Below, piece by piece: positions 11,567 through 22,752 of a stretch of 34,255 bases of DNA. How positions within the stretch are numbered: position 1 is the first letter of the stretch; every line of letters begins with the position of its first letter. The notes below the pieces were generated by a model. It was given only the letters and a program-made list of their open reading frames with translations. It searched no databases and was not told the DNA's origin. The stretch spans positions 8,932,758-8,967,012 of the forward strand of contig NC_068990.1 in NCBI RefSeq assembly GCF_001194135.2. The letters are read 5' to 3'. This DNA is from Octopus bimaculoides. Lineage: Eukaryota. Position numbers and translations under genes: made by a program.

Positions 11567-14500
11567 TACAATTTATATTAGGAAGTGAAAGTTCATAATT
11601 CAACAACTCGTTGCGGTTTCCTCGACGCATGATGTTTTTGCTTTTCTGTTTCCGAAAATCTTTTTGGATTTACATATTAAGTAGTTTCCTGTTTTAAATT
11701 CAGCCAAGGGTTGTTGAATCAATTTGATGTCCTGAATTTTTCAATGACCGAAAATGTGTTTCTTTTGTTTTAAAAGTATTATTTGTGAAGCATAAATATT
11801 AGTAGTATTGATATTATTCATTAACTGAATAATTTCGAATATTTTAACTCACTCCATCTTCTAGAAATCTCAGACAAATCTCTTTATAATCCTTTTAAAT
11901 AACAATTCAACCAAACTCATATAAACACGTTCGTGTTAAGTAACAACACAAATAGGAAAATACACAAAATAACAACGGCAGAAAAAATAATAAACTGCAG
12001 TCAACACTCCAATTGTACATTTTATTCCGAATTTATGATCTGAAATAAAACGTTTTCAATCTTTAAATAGACAGCTACATAATATAAATTATATTAAACC
12101 TTATTCAAAAAGATTTGAAATAACTTATGATACATATTATTGACTAAGGGGTGCACTAGAGTTGAGTTAGCATTAAATTTAAGGTTTAAGGAAGGTTACA
12201 ATTTGAGCAGAGAAACAATCAACAAGAGATTTTCAAAATAAGCATCCTCTAATTCCTATCCTTCACTTTCCAGCATCCCTCTTAACCAGTTTCCCTCCTT
12301 ACTTTGCTTTAGGTATCCGACTCCTACGTTTTGTGTCACCCAAAGTAAAAGGAACAGTTATAAAGAAGGACGCTAACTAGTAATTTTACACCAGGATACA
12401 ATTCCCGTCCCAGCATACGTCAGTTTTTGCATAATGAGTCATAAACTGTCTAAAATTCTAAGTGAGGGCTAAAGTGTACAGCCGATCATATAAATGGAAA
12501 TACTATATCTCACCGCCATATGCATGTACCATTCACTGCTGAAACCTATAAATGATGAACCGAAGAACAGCCATACATAAACACTACATCCTGACATCTA
12601 CAGACCAGCCGGAAGCCAATACCTGATCTTTAAGAACTCGCAGACATCATTTCAGTACCGAGGCTCCCTGATTCCTGGTATGCAACTATCTACCAATGTT
12701 TTAGATAATTGGATCATTAAAAATCTGCAGTAAACTTTTAAGCAGAAGTTAATAGAGAAGAATTTCTTTAGGAAAAAAATGCTGAGGTAATTTCAAGATC
12801 CACTTGCCAAGAACGTATAGATAATTATCGATTGTTTATTTTCTGCTCAAGAAAACTGTCTATTTCAGCGCATTTGATTTGCCGTACAGGCTATATGTCA
12901 ATCTATACGTAGGCATGCTCCAATCCGAGCGGCAGTGATTCTTTGTGGCGAAACTTCAGGGATTTTTCCTATCTTTTCTATCCCTTCCTGGAATACCCTA
13001 GAATTAAGCCATAAAGCACTATTATATTATTCTTTGTAACCGCTTACAGTGTTTCATAATTACCCCGTTTCATATATCTTATTTTATCTTATCTTTCATA
13101 ACTTTACTTCGTGTATTTTACCCAATCTCGCCTACACGCATCGGGGAATGTAAATAGGTTCCTTGTATGCAGAAGCGAAAACTGAAGTGCAATGCAAAAT
13201 ATACAGGCAAAAGAATATGCAGGTATGAAAGAACTTGATAAGGTGTATCTAGAAACCCGCAAACTATGTGCGATTCCTGCTTTAATCAACTACCGTTGGT
13301 AGTTTGGTTATGTTACAATTTGCACTTCATCAGAACGATCTGTCTTGCACCGTATTTATATCATGACAGTTGTATGACTTCAAACAGTATGGATGACCGA
13401 TGATTCAAACGTAATTCGAACGTACCTACACCTGAAGAGAATCCTAGTTTCATTCAGCTCTTATTCCTAAGGACTGAACTATGTGTTTGTGTAAGTGCAT
13501 ACGAGTATATATATATATATATATATATATANNNNNNNNNNNNNNNNNNNNNNNNNNNNNNNNNNNNNNNNNNNNNNNNNNNNNNNNNNNNNNNNNNNNN
13601 NNNNNNNNNNNNNNNNNNNNNNNNNNNNNNNNNNNNNNNNNNNNNNNNNNNNNNNNNNNNNNNNNNNNNNNNNNNNNNNNNNNNNNNNNNNNNNNNNNNN
13701 NNNNNNNNNNNNNNNNNNNNACGAGTATATATATATATATATATATATATTACACAGAGTCACGAATTTTGCGATATAAATTTTGGTGATGGAAGTCACT
13801 AAACTCTGGTATTTTACGTTTTAAAGTTCACTTGATTCTCATTATTTCATCTTGGAGAGTTGTTTAATTGACAAGCAAATGCATTACAATTACGCTCGTG
13901 ATTAAAATAGATAAAATATAGCATGAGTAAGCTTTGACTTTCATTCTTATAGGGTTGGCAAAATATTAAATTAAGATTAAACACGGATTTATTCAGTAAA
14001 ATCCGAAATCCAGAGAAAATTATTTGTGATCAGCAGCGATGAATCTAATCGGGAATTCAACGAAGAGTTCGCTGAGCTTCTGTGAGGAAAAAAGAATCTA
14101 ATATTTCAAATACTTTCTCTTCTTATTCTGATATCGAATATACAGAGGTGTAATCGCATAACCGACTAAACCCACTAGATAAAGGTTACTCTGTGTCAGA
14201 TGAAGGCATTAATCATTTTATTTCGGGGAGAATTTCGAGGAAACGTTCAATAGTGTCTTTGTAGGAGTAATTTAGTAAGTACCGAGACGTTTTATAAGTT
14301 AGCGGTTGGCAAGCAATGACGACATTGACAAAGTAATGTTAGTCTTCGTTTGCCTAATTTTACAATGTATGTATTATTTTGTCCAGCTCGTGGCAACAAA
14401 ATAAAATGCAAAGAACATAAAGCTTTGTTCTATTGTTTAGTACATACATGTCTATACAAGCAACAACGAGAAAGAATCTTTATATCTGGTGATTTCCATA

Positions 14501-14979
14501 TGCCTACCTACTCAACATATATACGCATGCACACGCATACATACACACACAAACACACTCACATACGCACATATATATACACACAAAAATACACGTTTAA
14601 ATTTAGTTAGTACTTACTGAATCATATGTATATATGCTGTGTGTGTACATGTATGTACGTATGTATGTATGCATATATGTATGTATGTATGCATGTATTC
14701 ATGTATGTATGTATTTGCGTGTGTACATTAAACTGCGATCCTGATGGATTGTAACATTCAGTCACTTAGGCGATCATATCGGATCTACAACTTGTTTAAG
14801 CCTGTAGCTTATTTTACTTTAAATTTTTCAAAGCGTCTAGTTATGGGGAAAATAAGGCAAAAAGTAAAACGTGACCCCACAACTTCATCTTTTAATACGT
14901 CTCAGATATGTAGCCAAAGTCAAGAGTTTTTACAGACCCTAAAAATATGAGTTACATTTATACTTACATACACGTGTGT

Positions 14980-14981
<2 letters not shown>

Positions 14982-15039
<58 letters not shown>

Positions 15040-15320
15040 AACGTACAGACAGACAGACCGACAGGCGGGGAGTATACGTACATGAGTATTATGCTCAGCC
15101 TCTCATCTGATGATACGTTGCGGTAGAGTCGTGCGAATTCTTTCGACATGTATTCTACATTATCAGACAAAGGATTGTGTATTATGTATGTATATTTGTA
15201 TGTATGTATGTATGTATGTTTGTATGTATGTATGTATGTATGTATGTATGTATGTATGTTTGTATGTAAGTAAGTATGTATGTATGTGTGTATGTAAGTA
15301 AGTATGTATGTATGTATACA
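14982..15320. repeat. (GA)n and (TATG)n microsatellites
   Basis: (GA)n at 14982-15036 and (TATG)n at ~15185-15320, separated by unique sequence. Confidence 0.95.
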
Positions 15321-15589
15321 ATGTCAAAATAAACTACGGGCAGGGATACAAGTAAAAATTAAAAAAAGAAAATGAATTGTTCCTTTTATATTCTAATTAA
15401 TTCATTCCAATGTACATTATTGCAATCAAATTGTTTCCAAATACTATAATATGTATTTTAAAATGCCATCACAATCAAATTATTTCAAAATAGATTTTTA
15501 CATATTCTAGAATATCGTATCATATCCCATATACATTACTACAATCAAATCCTTTCAAGATTACGTATTCCAATGTATATTTTCATATT

Positions 15590-16340
15590 CAACGAGAGGA
15601 GATGGCTGTACAAAAATTCAAAATAGAAATAGAACTATTAGGATTAAGAGCGAAATCCAACGAACAAAGATTCGAATCAACTGAGGAGCAATGAAAATTT
15701 CAAAGCAAGCAGAAGGCTCACTAGATGAGAAACCTGCTGATATTTGAAGAGAAAATGTGAAAATGAAGCTTTAACATTGCTTCAGAGATGCAGAAAAGTA
15801 CTAATTGGATTAGTAATTATGAGGCTGAATTCAAGAGATAATTTTATGCTGATAACCTATTCTTGAATAAAACTAAAATATTCACGAGCGAAAATAACAA
15901 ACACCAAAGATTCACACTTATAATCATTAAAGATACGAACATATTAACAGTAATTCCAAGATAGACAATACAAGTCCCCAGTAGAAGAATCTAAAATCTC
16001 TGTCACACAAGGTAGAATACATCCCAAAACCGAGGATTGCAAAACATACAAAGGAACAGGAATCCCAAACAAGACAAGCCACAATCTGGAACGAAAAGGA
16101 ATTTAGATATTAGAGTGAAGTTGGTAAAAAAGAGAAAACATCAACAAATACAAATAGCCAACTTGAAAGATCATTTTTTAGATATAGTCAACAGAATTCA
16201 CGTCAGCAGATGGCACAAATTAAATTTGATAGACAGAAGTTAATCAATCTTTCATGCAAAAATCTTTCAACAACAAATCCTTGTACTCTCAAAATGTCTA
16301 AAATTCACTCAACACCACAATATCTCGGCTTCAGTGAAAT
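15590..16340 (+). mobile_element. Possible decayed retroelement ORF (A-rich sense strand, coiled-coil-like)
   Basis: QREEMAVQKFKIEIELLGLRAKSNEQRFESTEEQ followed by interrupted frames, with strong A-skew on the + strand. Family not established. Confidence 0.3.
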
Positions 16341-16698
16341 ACAAGACTACGCTTTATTTCTGTGAAAAATTATGTGTAACAGATTAATTTTTTGACAAGG
16401 AAACACTGATTGATTAAATATAGAGAATGAAAGTAGTTATAACCGAAAAGGATAGAATCAGAGCATCAGAATAATGTTGGGATTTTATAACTACCCTTCC
16501 AAATCATTAATTGCCACACTTTAAATCCGAATCCCATATTAGTTGAAAAGAGTGGGAATTATCAGTGAACATAAAGACAATTACGGTATCCTAATTAAAG
16601 ACGTAGATGAATGGTTGTTGTAATTATGGAGCTTGATCTTTACAACATTACTTTAGCCCTTCTGCAAGACACGCTTGTTATTAAAAAGGAGATGCTAA

Positions 16699-16910
16699 GG
16701 TGGTGAGCTGGTAGAATTGCTGGCACGTCGGAAAAAATGCTTAGCGGCCTTTCGTCCGTCTTTACGTTCTGAGTTCAAATATTACTGAGGTCGACTTTGC
16801 TTTTCATACTTATGGTGTCGATAAAAGAACTACCAGTTGAACATAGGTGGGTGTAATCGACATATCCCTCCCTCACAATCGTTGGCCTTGTACCAAAATT
16901 TGGAACCATT
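16699..16910 (+). mobile_element. Full-length family A SINE
   Basis: GGTGGTGAGCTGGTAGAATTGCTGGCACG...GAGTTCAAAT...GGCCTTGTACCAAAATTTGGAACC is collinear with the 25193 copy. Confidence 0.92.
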
Positions 16911-17359
16911 ATCAAAATGTAAGCGATTAGCACCAATAAAAAACGATGAAAACAATTCAGTACCTTCCTTCATCTACGTGCAAAAAAATTCAACAATTCG
17001 ACTAACTAACGAACATTCAATGTTCGCTAAACAATCTTCAAGAGTTTACAATACGCTGTCTGTAAAACCTCAGTCGCATCATGTATAAACAATAAACAAC
17101 CCATTGATCTTAAATTAAGATTAATTCTAATAGTCCCAATCTATAAAGCGCACAGTCTCAACAACTTTGTAAACATGCTACTGAGAACCATATTGATTCA
17201 TATGCCAAGCTTTATAAGAGATGATTTGAACCTGTTAAATCACCTGCTGAGAAGAAAAAAGGTTAATAAAAACGCTATTATAATTTGTTGTCAAAAGATG
17301 GGCGACTTTGGCAAAACTGGTTAGGTTGAATAGAATTCAATGAGCATGCACATGTATAC

Positions 17360-17447
17360 TGGAATACAGCAGTCTGGTGAGGGTTCATAATCTTGGTGGT
17401 CAGGTAATACTGGTTCTCTAAGGTTCTCAGAGGAGGCTCTCCTGTCA
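17360..17447 (-). CDS. Candidate exon C
   Basis: Acceptor gatgctttccag|, donor CCA|GTATAC. Reads TGEPPLRTLENQYYLTTKIMNPHQTAVF or DRRASSENLREPVLPDHQDYEPSPDCCIP. A strong downstream acceptor (ttttttcttctcagcag at ~17244) is followed by a stop within a few codons. Confidence 0.35.
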
Positions 17448-17540
17448 CTGGAAAGCATCATCCATAACTTTACACTTTATAAATGTGTATAGTTTTATCT
17501 CGTTTCTTGCCTTTCTTTCCTTTGCTCTCGTCTCTTATAC

Positions 17541-17597
17541 GTAAAGCCGCATACAATTTCTCAATAGTTCTGGTAATATCCTTCACATCAACCGGCC
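17541..17597 (-). CDS. Candidate 57-nt symmetric exon B
   Basis: Acceptor ttttatatacttgacgcag|, donor TTAC|GTATAA. Open only in phase 1 (G-PVDVKDITRTIEKLYAAL-L), and phase-compatible with exons A and C through 70-nt and 93-nt introns. Confidence 0.3.
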
Positions 17598-17667
17598 CTG
17601 CGTCAAGTATATAAAACATTATTTTGAGAGCAGGAGAGAGAGAGAGAGAGAGAGAGAGATCCCTTAC

Positions 17668-17731
17668 CTTTGGTGGTCAGGGTAATCATGGACCTGTGGG
17701 ATTCCTTGATCGGCACTAGGAGGAGTTTTTC
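17668..17731 (-). CDS. Candidate exon A of an unidentified spliced gene
   Basis: Acceptor tcatcctcatgcag|, strong donor AAAG|GTAAGG, elevated GC. Open in two frames (EKLLLVPIKESHRSMITLTTK or KTPPSADQGIPQVHDYPDHQ). Confidence 0.4.
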
Positions 17732-17898
17732 CTGCATGAGGATGACTGCATCATTCATGTTATCACATACTTTGTACACTATGCGTACTTTTATCGCATT
17801 TCACTATCTTTTTCATTTCTTATTCCCCTTCCCCAAATGATTTGTTTACTGTCTTTGTGATGTTCCCCTCACCTATGCCCCTGTGGCTAATAAAAGAA

Positions 17899-17961
<63 letters not shown>

Positions 17962-17982
17962 TGTTGTTGTTGTTGTTGTTGT
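17899..17982. repeat. (TAT)n(TGT)n microsatellite
   Basis: Directly visible. Preceded by cccctgtggctaataaaagaaat, which resembles the variant SINE tail seen at 4812-4835. Confidence 0.95.
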
Positions 17983-18299
17983 TTGCTGTTGAAAGAATAC
18001 AAGTGTTTCTCGAGACAGCTTCCCGAAATGTTGAATTTTCACACGGTTTATCTGACGAAAGAAAATTTTCATTTTGTAAACAGGAAACTTGTGTGTGCGT
18101 GTCAATGCTATGGGATATATGAGATAACTCAATTTGCTACGCTAATATTAGGAAAAATGATTTTTTCAATCCATCTATTTTCTAAATGAATAGAGAAGAG
18201 GAAAATTCAATTACATATAAATATAGAGGGAAAATGTAGAAGAAAATTACATACAAATATATATGTAAGCGAGGACTACACTTGAAAAAGTTATGCAGC

Positions 18300-18745
18300 G
18301 TTCCATGAGATATAAAGGGTGCCGTATATCATGAAGTGTTAAACCAAAACGAAAGTTCATGGGCAGAAGCATTGTCGTCAGTTGAATGTATGGTACAAAA
18401 GGTATGGAAAGACGCCCATCATTGGTCAATCGTAAATGGATGTTGCTCTCAGAGAATAATGCAAGACCACATGTTGCCCAAGTCACATAGGAAAACATTA
18501 TGACTCTACAGATGGACCTTTTGCCTCATCCTCCTTAATCTCTTGACCGCTCTCCATTCGATTATCATCTTTACAGGTCATTGCACTAATTTTTTAGAGG
18601 CAAAATAGTTTTGCTGGGAAGGGGTTAAAAATTATATTCAGTGTTTCTTTTGTTCGAAATCTGAAGGTTCTCACGCCTGAGTGATCAACAATTTGCCAAA
18701 TTGGTAAGATTATATTATCCATAATGAGGAGTAATATTATCTTGA
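18300..18745 (+). mobile_element. Mariner (DD34D-type) transposase relic, catalytic C-terminal half
   Basis: RRPSLVNRKWMLLSENNARPHVAQVT...LLPHPP*SLDRSPFDYHLYRSL matches the mariner motifs HDNARPH and HPPYSPDLAPSDYHLF. Contains stops and frameshifts. Confidence 0.88.
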
Positions 18746-18826
18746 CAGATGTATCAATTATGACCTAAGCAGCATTTGTTTCTTTCCCGTCTTGAAATGC
18801 GACAGAACTTTCTTTATATATAAATA

Positions 18827-19090
18827 GGATTTAGTAGACAGAAACGGAAAAGAACCTGTCGTATATATAGGTATATATATTTATGTTTGCTTGTGTTTGT
18901 TCTCTACCATCGCTTCACAACCGATGTTAATGTGCTTACGTCCCAGTAATCTTGAAGTTTGGCAAAAGTGACTGATAGAATAAATACTAGGCTTACAGCG
19001 ATTAAGTCCTGGCGTCGATTTCTTCGACTAAAACCCTTTAAGACAGTGCTCCAGCATGATCGCAGTCAAATGAATGAAACATATAAAAGA
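18827..19090 (+). mobile_element. 5'-truncated family B SINE (CORE-like, with internal microsatellite)
   Basis: ggatttagtagacagaaac...catcgcttcacaaccgatg...gatagaataaatactaggcttac...gtgctccagcatgatcgcagtcaaatgaatgaaaca is collinear with the reverse complement of 29028-29567. Confidence 0.85.
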
Positions 19091-19199
19091 AGATATATAT
19101 ATACACACACACACACATCCTTACTATATATATATGTGTGTATACGTACATACATATATATACATGTATGTATGTATACGTACATACATATCTATACAT

Positions 19200-19878
19200 A
19201 TATAGACAAAATGATGGAAATACCTAGCATCATAGCATCATAATTTTGAAATATCTATAAAACCATCAAAAGCTTGTTAATTTTTATGTTTTTGATTTAT
19301 TATTAATGTTGCTTAATGTGTTTTGTTAAAATTGCTGTTTCTTTTCAGATATCATCACAAAAGGTAATTAAAATTCATTAAAATGACAAATCTGTCGGTT
19401 TTTCAAAGAGGTCAAATTGTTAGTGTTCGTATGGCAGGTGCTAGCGTAATGAAAACAGCCGAAATGTTTGGTGCATCAAGAAATACCGTCACGAAAGTAA
19501 TGACAACCTTTGAGAAAGAGGGGTGGGGGGAAATTCCTCGTCGAAACAAAACTCCAGAAGAAAACCAAAACTTTCAGATAGGGACCGTCGGACTCTTCGT
19601 GAATTGTTAGAAAGGTTCACAAAGTACAGCTCTCAAAATTACTGCGGAGCTTAATGACCACCTGGAGAACCCAGTTTCCACGAAAACTGTTTGCCGGGAG
19701 CAGTACAAAGCCGGATTTCATGGGAGGGCTGCAATCAGAAAAGCACTACTTTCAAAATCAAACGTTGCAAAGCGTTTAGAGTGGAATAAAAACCTACAGA
19801 ATTGGTCCCGAGAGCAGTGGAAGAAAGTTGCTTTCTCGAACGAGTCATCCTTTACCTTATTTCCGACCAGCGGCAGAG
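19200..19878 (+). mobile_element. Tc1-family DNA transposon relic (5' end and N-terminal transposase)
   Basis: From ATG 19383: LSVFQRGQIVSVRMAGASVMKTAEMFGASRNTVTKVM (paired-like HTH). After a frameshift: STALKITAELNDHLENPVSTKTVCRE..KAGFHGRAAIRK..LSKSNVAKRLEW..NLQNWSREQWKKVAFSNESSFTLFPTSGRV (first catalytic Asp region, SDES-like). 3' truncated; the 5' boundary is approximate. Confidence 0.92.
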
Positions 19879-20354
19879 TCTTCTTGATAATTTAGTAACT
19901 TATATGCTGTAGTAGAGGCAATATGTTCTTTGTCTACCTCCTTACCTTCTTGGAGATTTTAGGTATAATTATACTAATGTTTCCATCTGTTCTAATTTAA
20001 TTAAATTCTATGTCTTTGGGCAGCTGAGGATTGCTCTTCATTTTAAATTGTTGTAATTATTGCATTGTTCAATTATATGGATTTACATAAAACGATTGTA
20101 CTGCATTACCTCTGGATATCCTTGTTGTTTATTTTGATTTTAATCACCTTACTTTGAAATTGTATAGATAATACCGTACTAAATTCTGGTGCCTCAATTT
20201 AAGTAACATATTCGTCTGAATCTAANNNNNNNNNNATATATAGGTTAGAGACAGGTGTTCACTATATTAGGGAATGCACTTCGAAGTGCTCAAGAGATTT
20301 CAACTTGAGCCGGGACAGAAGTAAATGTAAGGACGAGCCAGTTAGACAAAGGTA

Positions 20355-20495
<141 letters not shown>

Positions 20496-21230
20496 GTTAT
20501 TACTTTCTGACGATCTTGGAAATTAATTACCTTCTAGGCTCGTCAGGCAGAACTGTATAGATGCAGGTGTAGATCTAACAAATTTTAAACAAGTAAGAAA
20601 TTGCCGATTAAACTCAATATTATTCTTTCATAACGTCATTCTTATTACCATATTTCGTAGCCAGCCTAAACATAATATGCATATGAATATTTTATAAACT
20701 TCATATGAATGTGTTTCTTAATCCTGCTGAATGGTATGCCATATAATTTGATATTTTTATATGTGTCAAAGATATTGGTTGTGAGTATCAGAACTCATAA
20801 ATACTTGTTTCTGATATTTCTCGAGTTCGATTTTTATGTCTGAATAAGAACTTATTGTTGCATAGTTTACCAAAATATTTGGGTCATAATTTCTAATATT
20901 ATTATTTTCCAGTATGACTAAGTATATTTTAAGGATATTAATATTTTATAAAGATTGAATATGCTTTCACATACTAAACTGTTCGGTAATCATATTGCAA
21001 TGTATTCAATGAAATTATATATATCTAAATAAATATATGCGTGTGTGCATGCGTGTGTGTGTGCGTAAGTACGTGTGTGTATACATATATCGATTTCTGA
21101 TATTTTATTTCTAAATTTTACTTTAATTCATGATATATTGTCGCTATTGTTATTGATTTTTGTGATTTATTTTCACAATTGATTTTGTTTTCTTCTATAC
21201 AGATAATAGTTTCTCATTTTTTTTTTCTTG

Positions 21231-21417
21231 GACGGGCATTGTTAGAGCGTCGGACAAAATGTTTCATTGCATTCCTTCTGGCTCTTTATATTCTGAGTTC
21301 AAATGCCGCCGTGATCGACTCTGCTTTTCATTCCCTTGAAATCGATAAAATAAAATACCAGCTGAGTAATCAACTAACCCCACCCCACCGTTAAAATTGC
21401 TAGCCTTGTACTTAAAT
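21231..21417 (+). mobile_element. Diverged family A SINE
   Basis: gttagagcgtcggacaaaatg...ctgagttcaaatgccgccg...aaattgctagccttgtac, followed by (AAT)n. Confidence 0.85.
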
Positions 21418-21425
21418 GAGATATA

Positions 21426-21468
<43 letters not shown>

Positions 21469-21469
<1 letters not shown>

Positions 21470-21626
21470 CTTTTCTGTTATAGGCACAAGGTATTTATTT
21501 TATCGACCCCAAAAGGAGGAAAAGCAAAGTCAACCTCAACGGAATTTGAACTTAGAACGTAAAGACGGGCAAAATACCGCTAAGCATTTTGCCCGGTGTC
21601 CTAACGATTCTCCCAGCTCACCACCT
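21469..21626 (-). mobile_element. Family A SINE with internal deletion of the 3' hairpin module
   Basis: Reverse complement GGTGGTGAGCTGGGAGAATCGTTAGG...AAGTTCAAATTCC...AAATAAATACC|TTGTGCC; the segment between ACC and TTGTGCC present in other copies is missing. Confidence 0.9.
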
Positions 21627-21645
21627 TCAGTAATAGTAATAATAG

Positions 21646-21673
21646 CTACTACTACTACTACTACTACTACTAC

Positions 21674-21716
<43 letters not shown>
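21646..21716. repeat. (CTA)n/(GTA)n perfect palindromic microsatellite
   Basis: 29-bp perfect arms (21646-21674 and 21675-21703) centred on ACTAGT, with no loop. Confidence 0.95.
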
Positions 21717-21717
<1 letters not shown>

Positions 21718-22139
21718 TTTCTTTCGTTCACTCCACGTTTAGTTGTTGTTACCACAGCATTAATTTTCATCCACATTCTTTTTGTCGTTTTTGCTAGTGT
21801 CATTTCCTGACATTTCTCAGTTTCTTTCTTTCTTTCTTTTTTGCTTTTTGCATCTATGTCTTTTTTTTTTCAGTTTCATTGGAATTCTCTCTGTGACATT
21901 ATATGGAATTGCAGCCAAAGACGTTGCCTTATACTGCCTTCCCCACCCCATGATCATATCTTGTCTCCTTGTTTCAATAATACGATTAGTTTCTACGAAA
22001 ACAAATCTCATGAAATCACATAATTACACTGTGCAACACGATTTTTGTCTTTGGGTAGCAACTGTAATTTCCTATTTACTTGCCCCTTAGAAAGTATGAA
22101 AAATGATACATATATCCTTCAAACGTTGTTTCTGTTGCA

Positions 22140-22270
22140 TTAATTCAAACACCAAAGAATCCCCATTACTCCTACTCATGATCAGGGATGCACTAAGGGA
22201 CACGCTCAAGTGGTTATGGTTAAGCAACTGACAAGTAATCTGTGATATTGAGCAGAATATTTGCTATAAC
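22140..22270 (+). repeat. Fragment of unclassified interspersed repeat (family D)
   Basis: caaagaatcccc...ctcatgatcagggatgcac...caactgacaagtaatctgtgatattgagcagaatatttgct matches 24590-24750 with divergence. Confidence 0.75.
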
Positions 22271-22454
22271 GATACTTCTGCTTCAGCAACTCAGCGCTAA
22301 ATCTGAAATGTAATGGAAAATAAGTCAATTTCAAAACATTGATGTCCAGGTCACAAAAGCAAAGTTTGAAGGGAATAGTGGTCATTTCCTTTGATGTTTA
22401 GATAGAAGCTAATGGAAAATTACAATTACTGATCAAAGACAAAACAAATAAAAA

Positions 22455-22752
22455 TGTAGGTCTGTCTTTGTCCAATATTGATTGCCTTGATGACATCACC
22501 TCCATTTAGTTTTGCTTCTAACACTTCCCAACCCGTTTTGTATTCTTTTTAGAGATTTTCTCATTTTTCTTTCCATTACCTTATCCTTCTGCAGATGCTT
22601 ATATTCTTCATTCGCTTTCAGTGATCTAACGACTTCAGCTTATGACATCTTTATCCAGTTACATTTAAGCCTTCGACATCTCTTCATGATTAATACTGAA
22701 GACGTATTCTCCAAAAACTGCATACAGTATCCTTGCTAAATATTTTTACTAT
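22455..22752 (-). repeat. 298-bp near-identical direct duplicate of 23372-23669
   Basis: Both copies read TGTAGGTCTG...TATTTTTACTAT; I saw one difference (ttcGcttt vs ttcTcttt). The segment is internal R4/Dong RT sequence. Confidence 0.95.

Noticed and set aside
12590-12730. IYRPAG... as a LINE apurinic endonuclease motif
   Set aside because: No accompanying GDFN or SDH motifs were found.
13280-13297. Short hairpins AACTACC-GTT-GGTAGTT (and TTCTACC-GCT-GGTAGAA at ~32376) as Helitron 3' ends
   Set aside because: Only 7-bp stems with no downstream CTRR terminus; expected by chance.
13501-13750. ACGAGTATATAT repeated on both sides of a gap
   Set aside because: Same gap-flank overlap signature; treated as an assembly artefact.
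19880-20225. Possible Penelope-like fragment or exon (minus-strand donor AAG|GTAAGG at ~19945)
   Set aside because: All frames are interrupted by stops, no diagnostic motif was found, and no matching acceptor gives an open exon.
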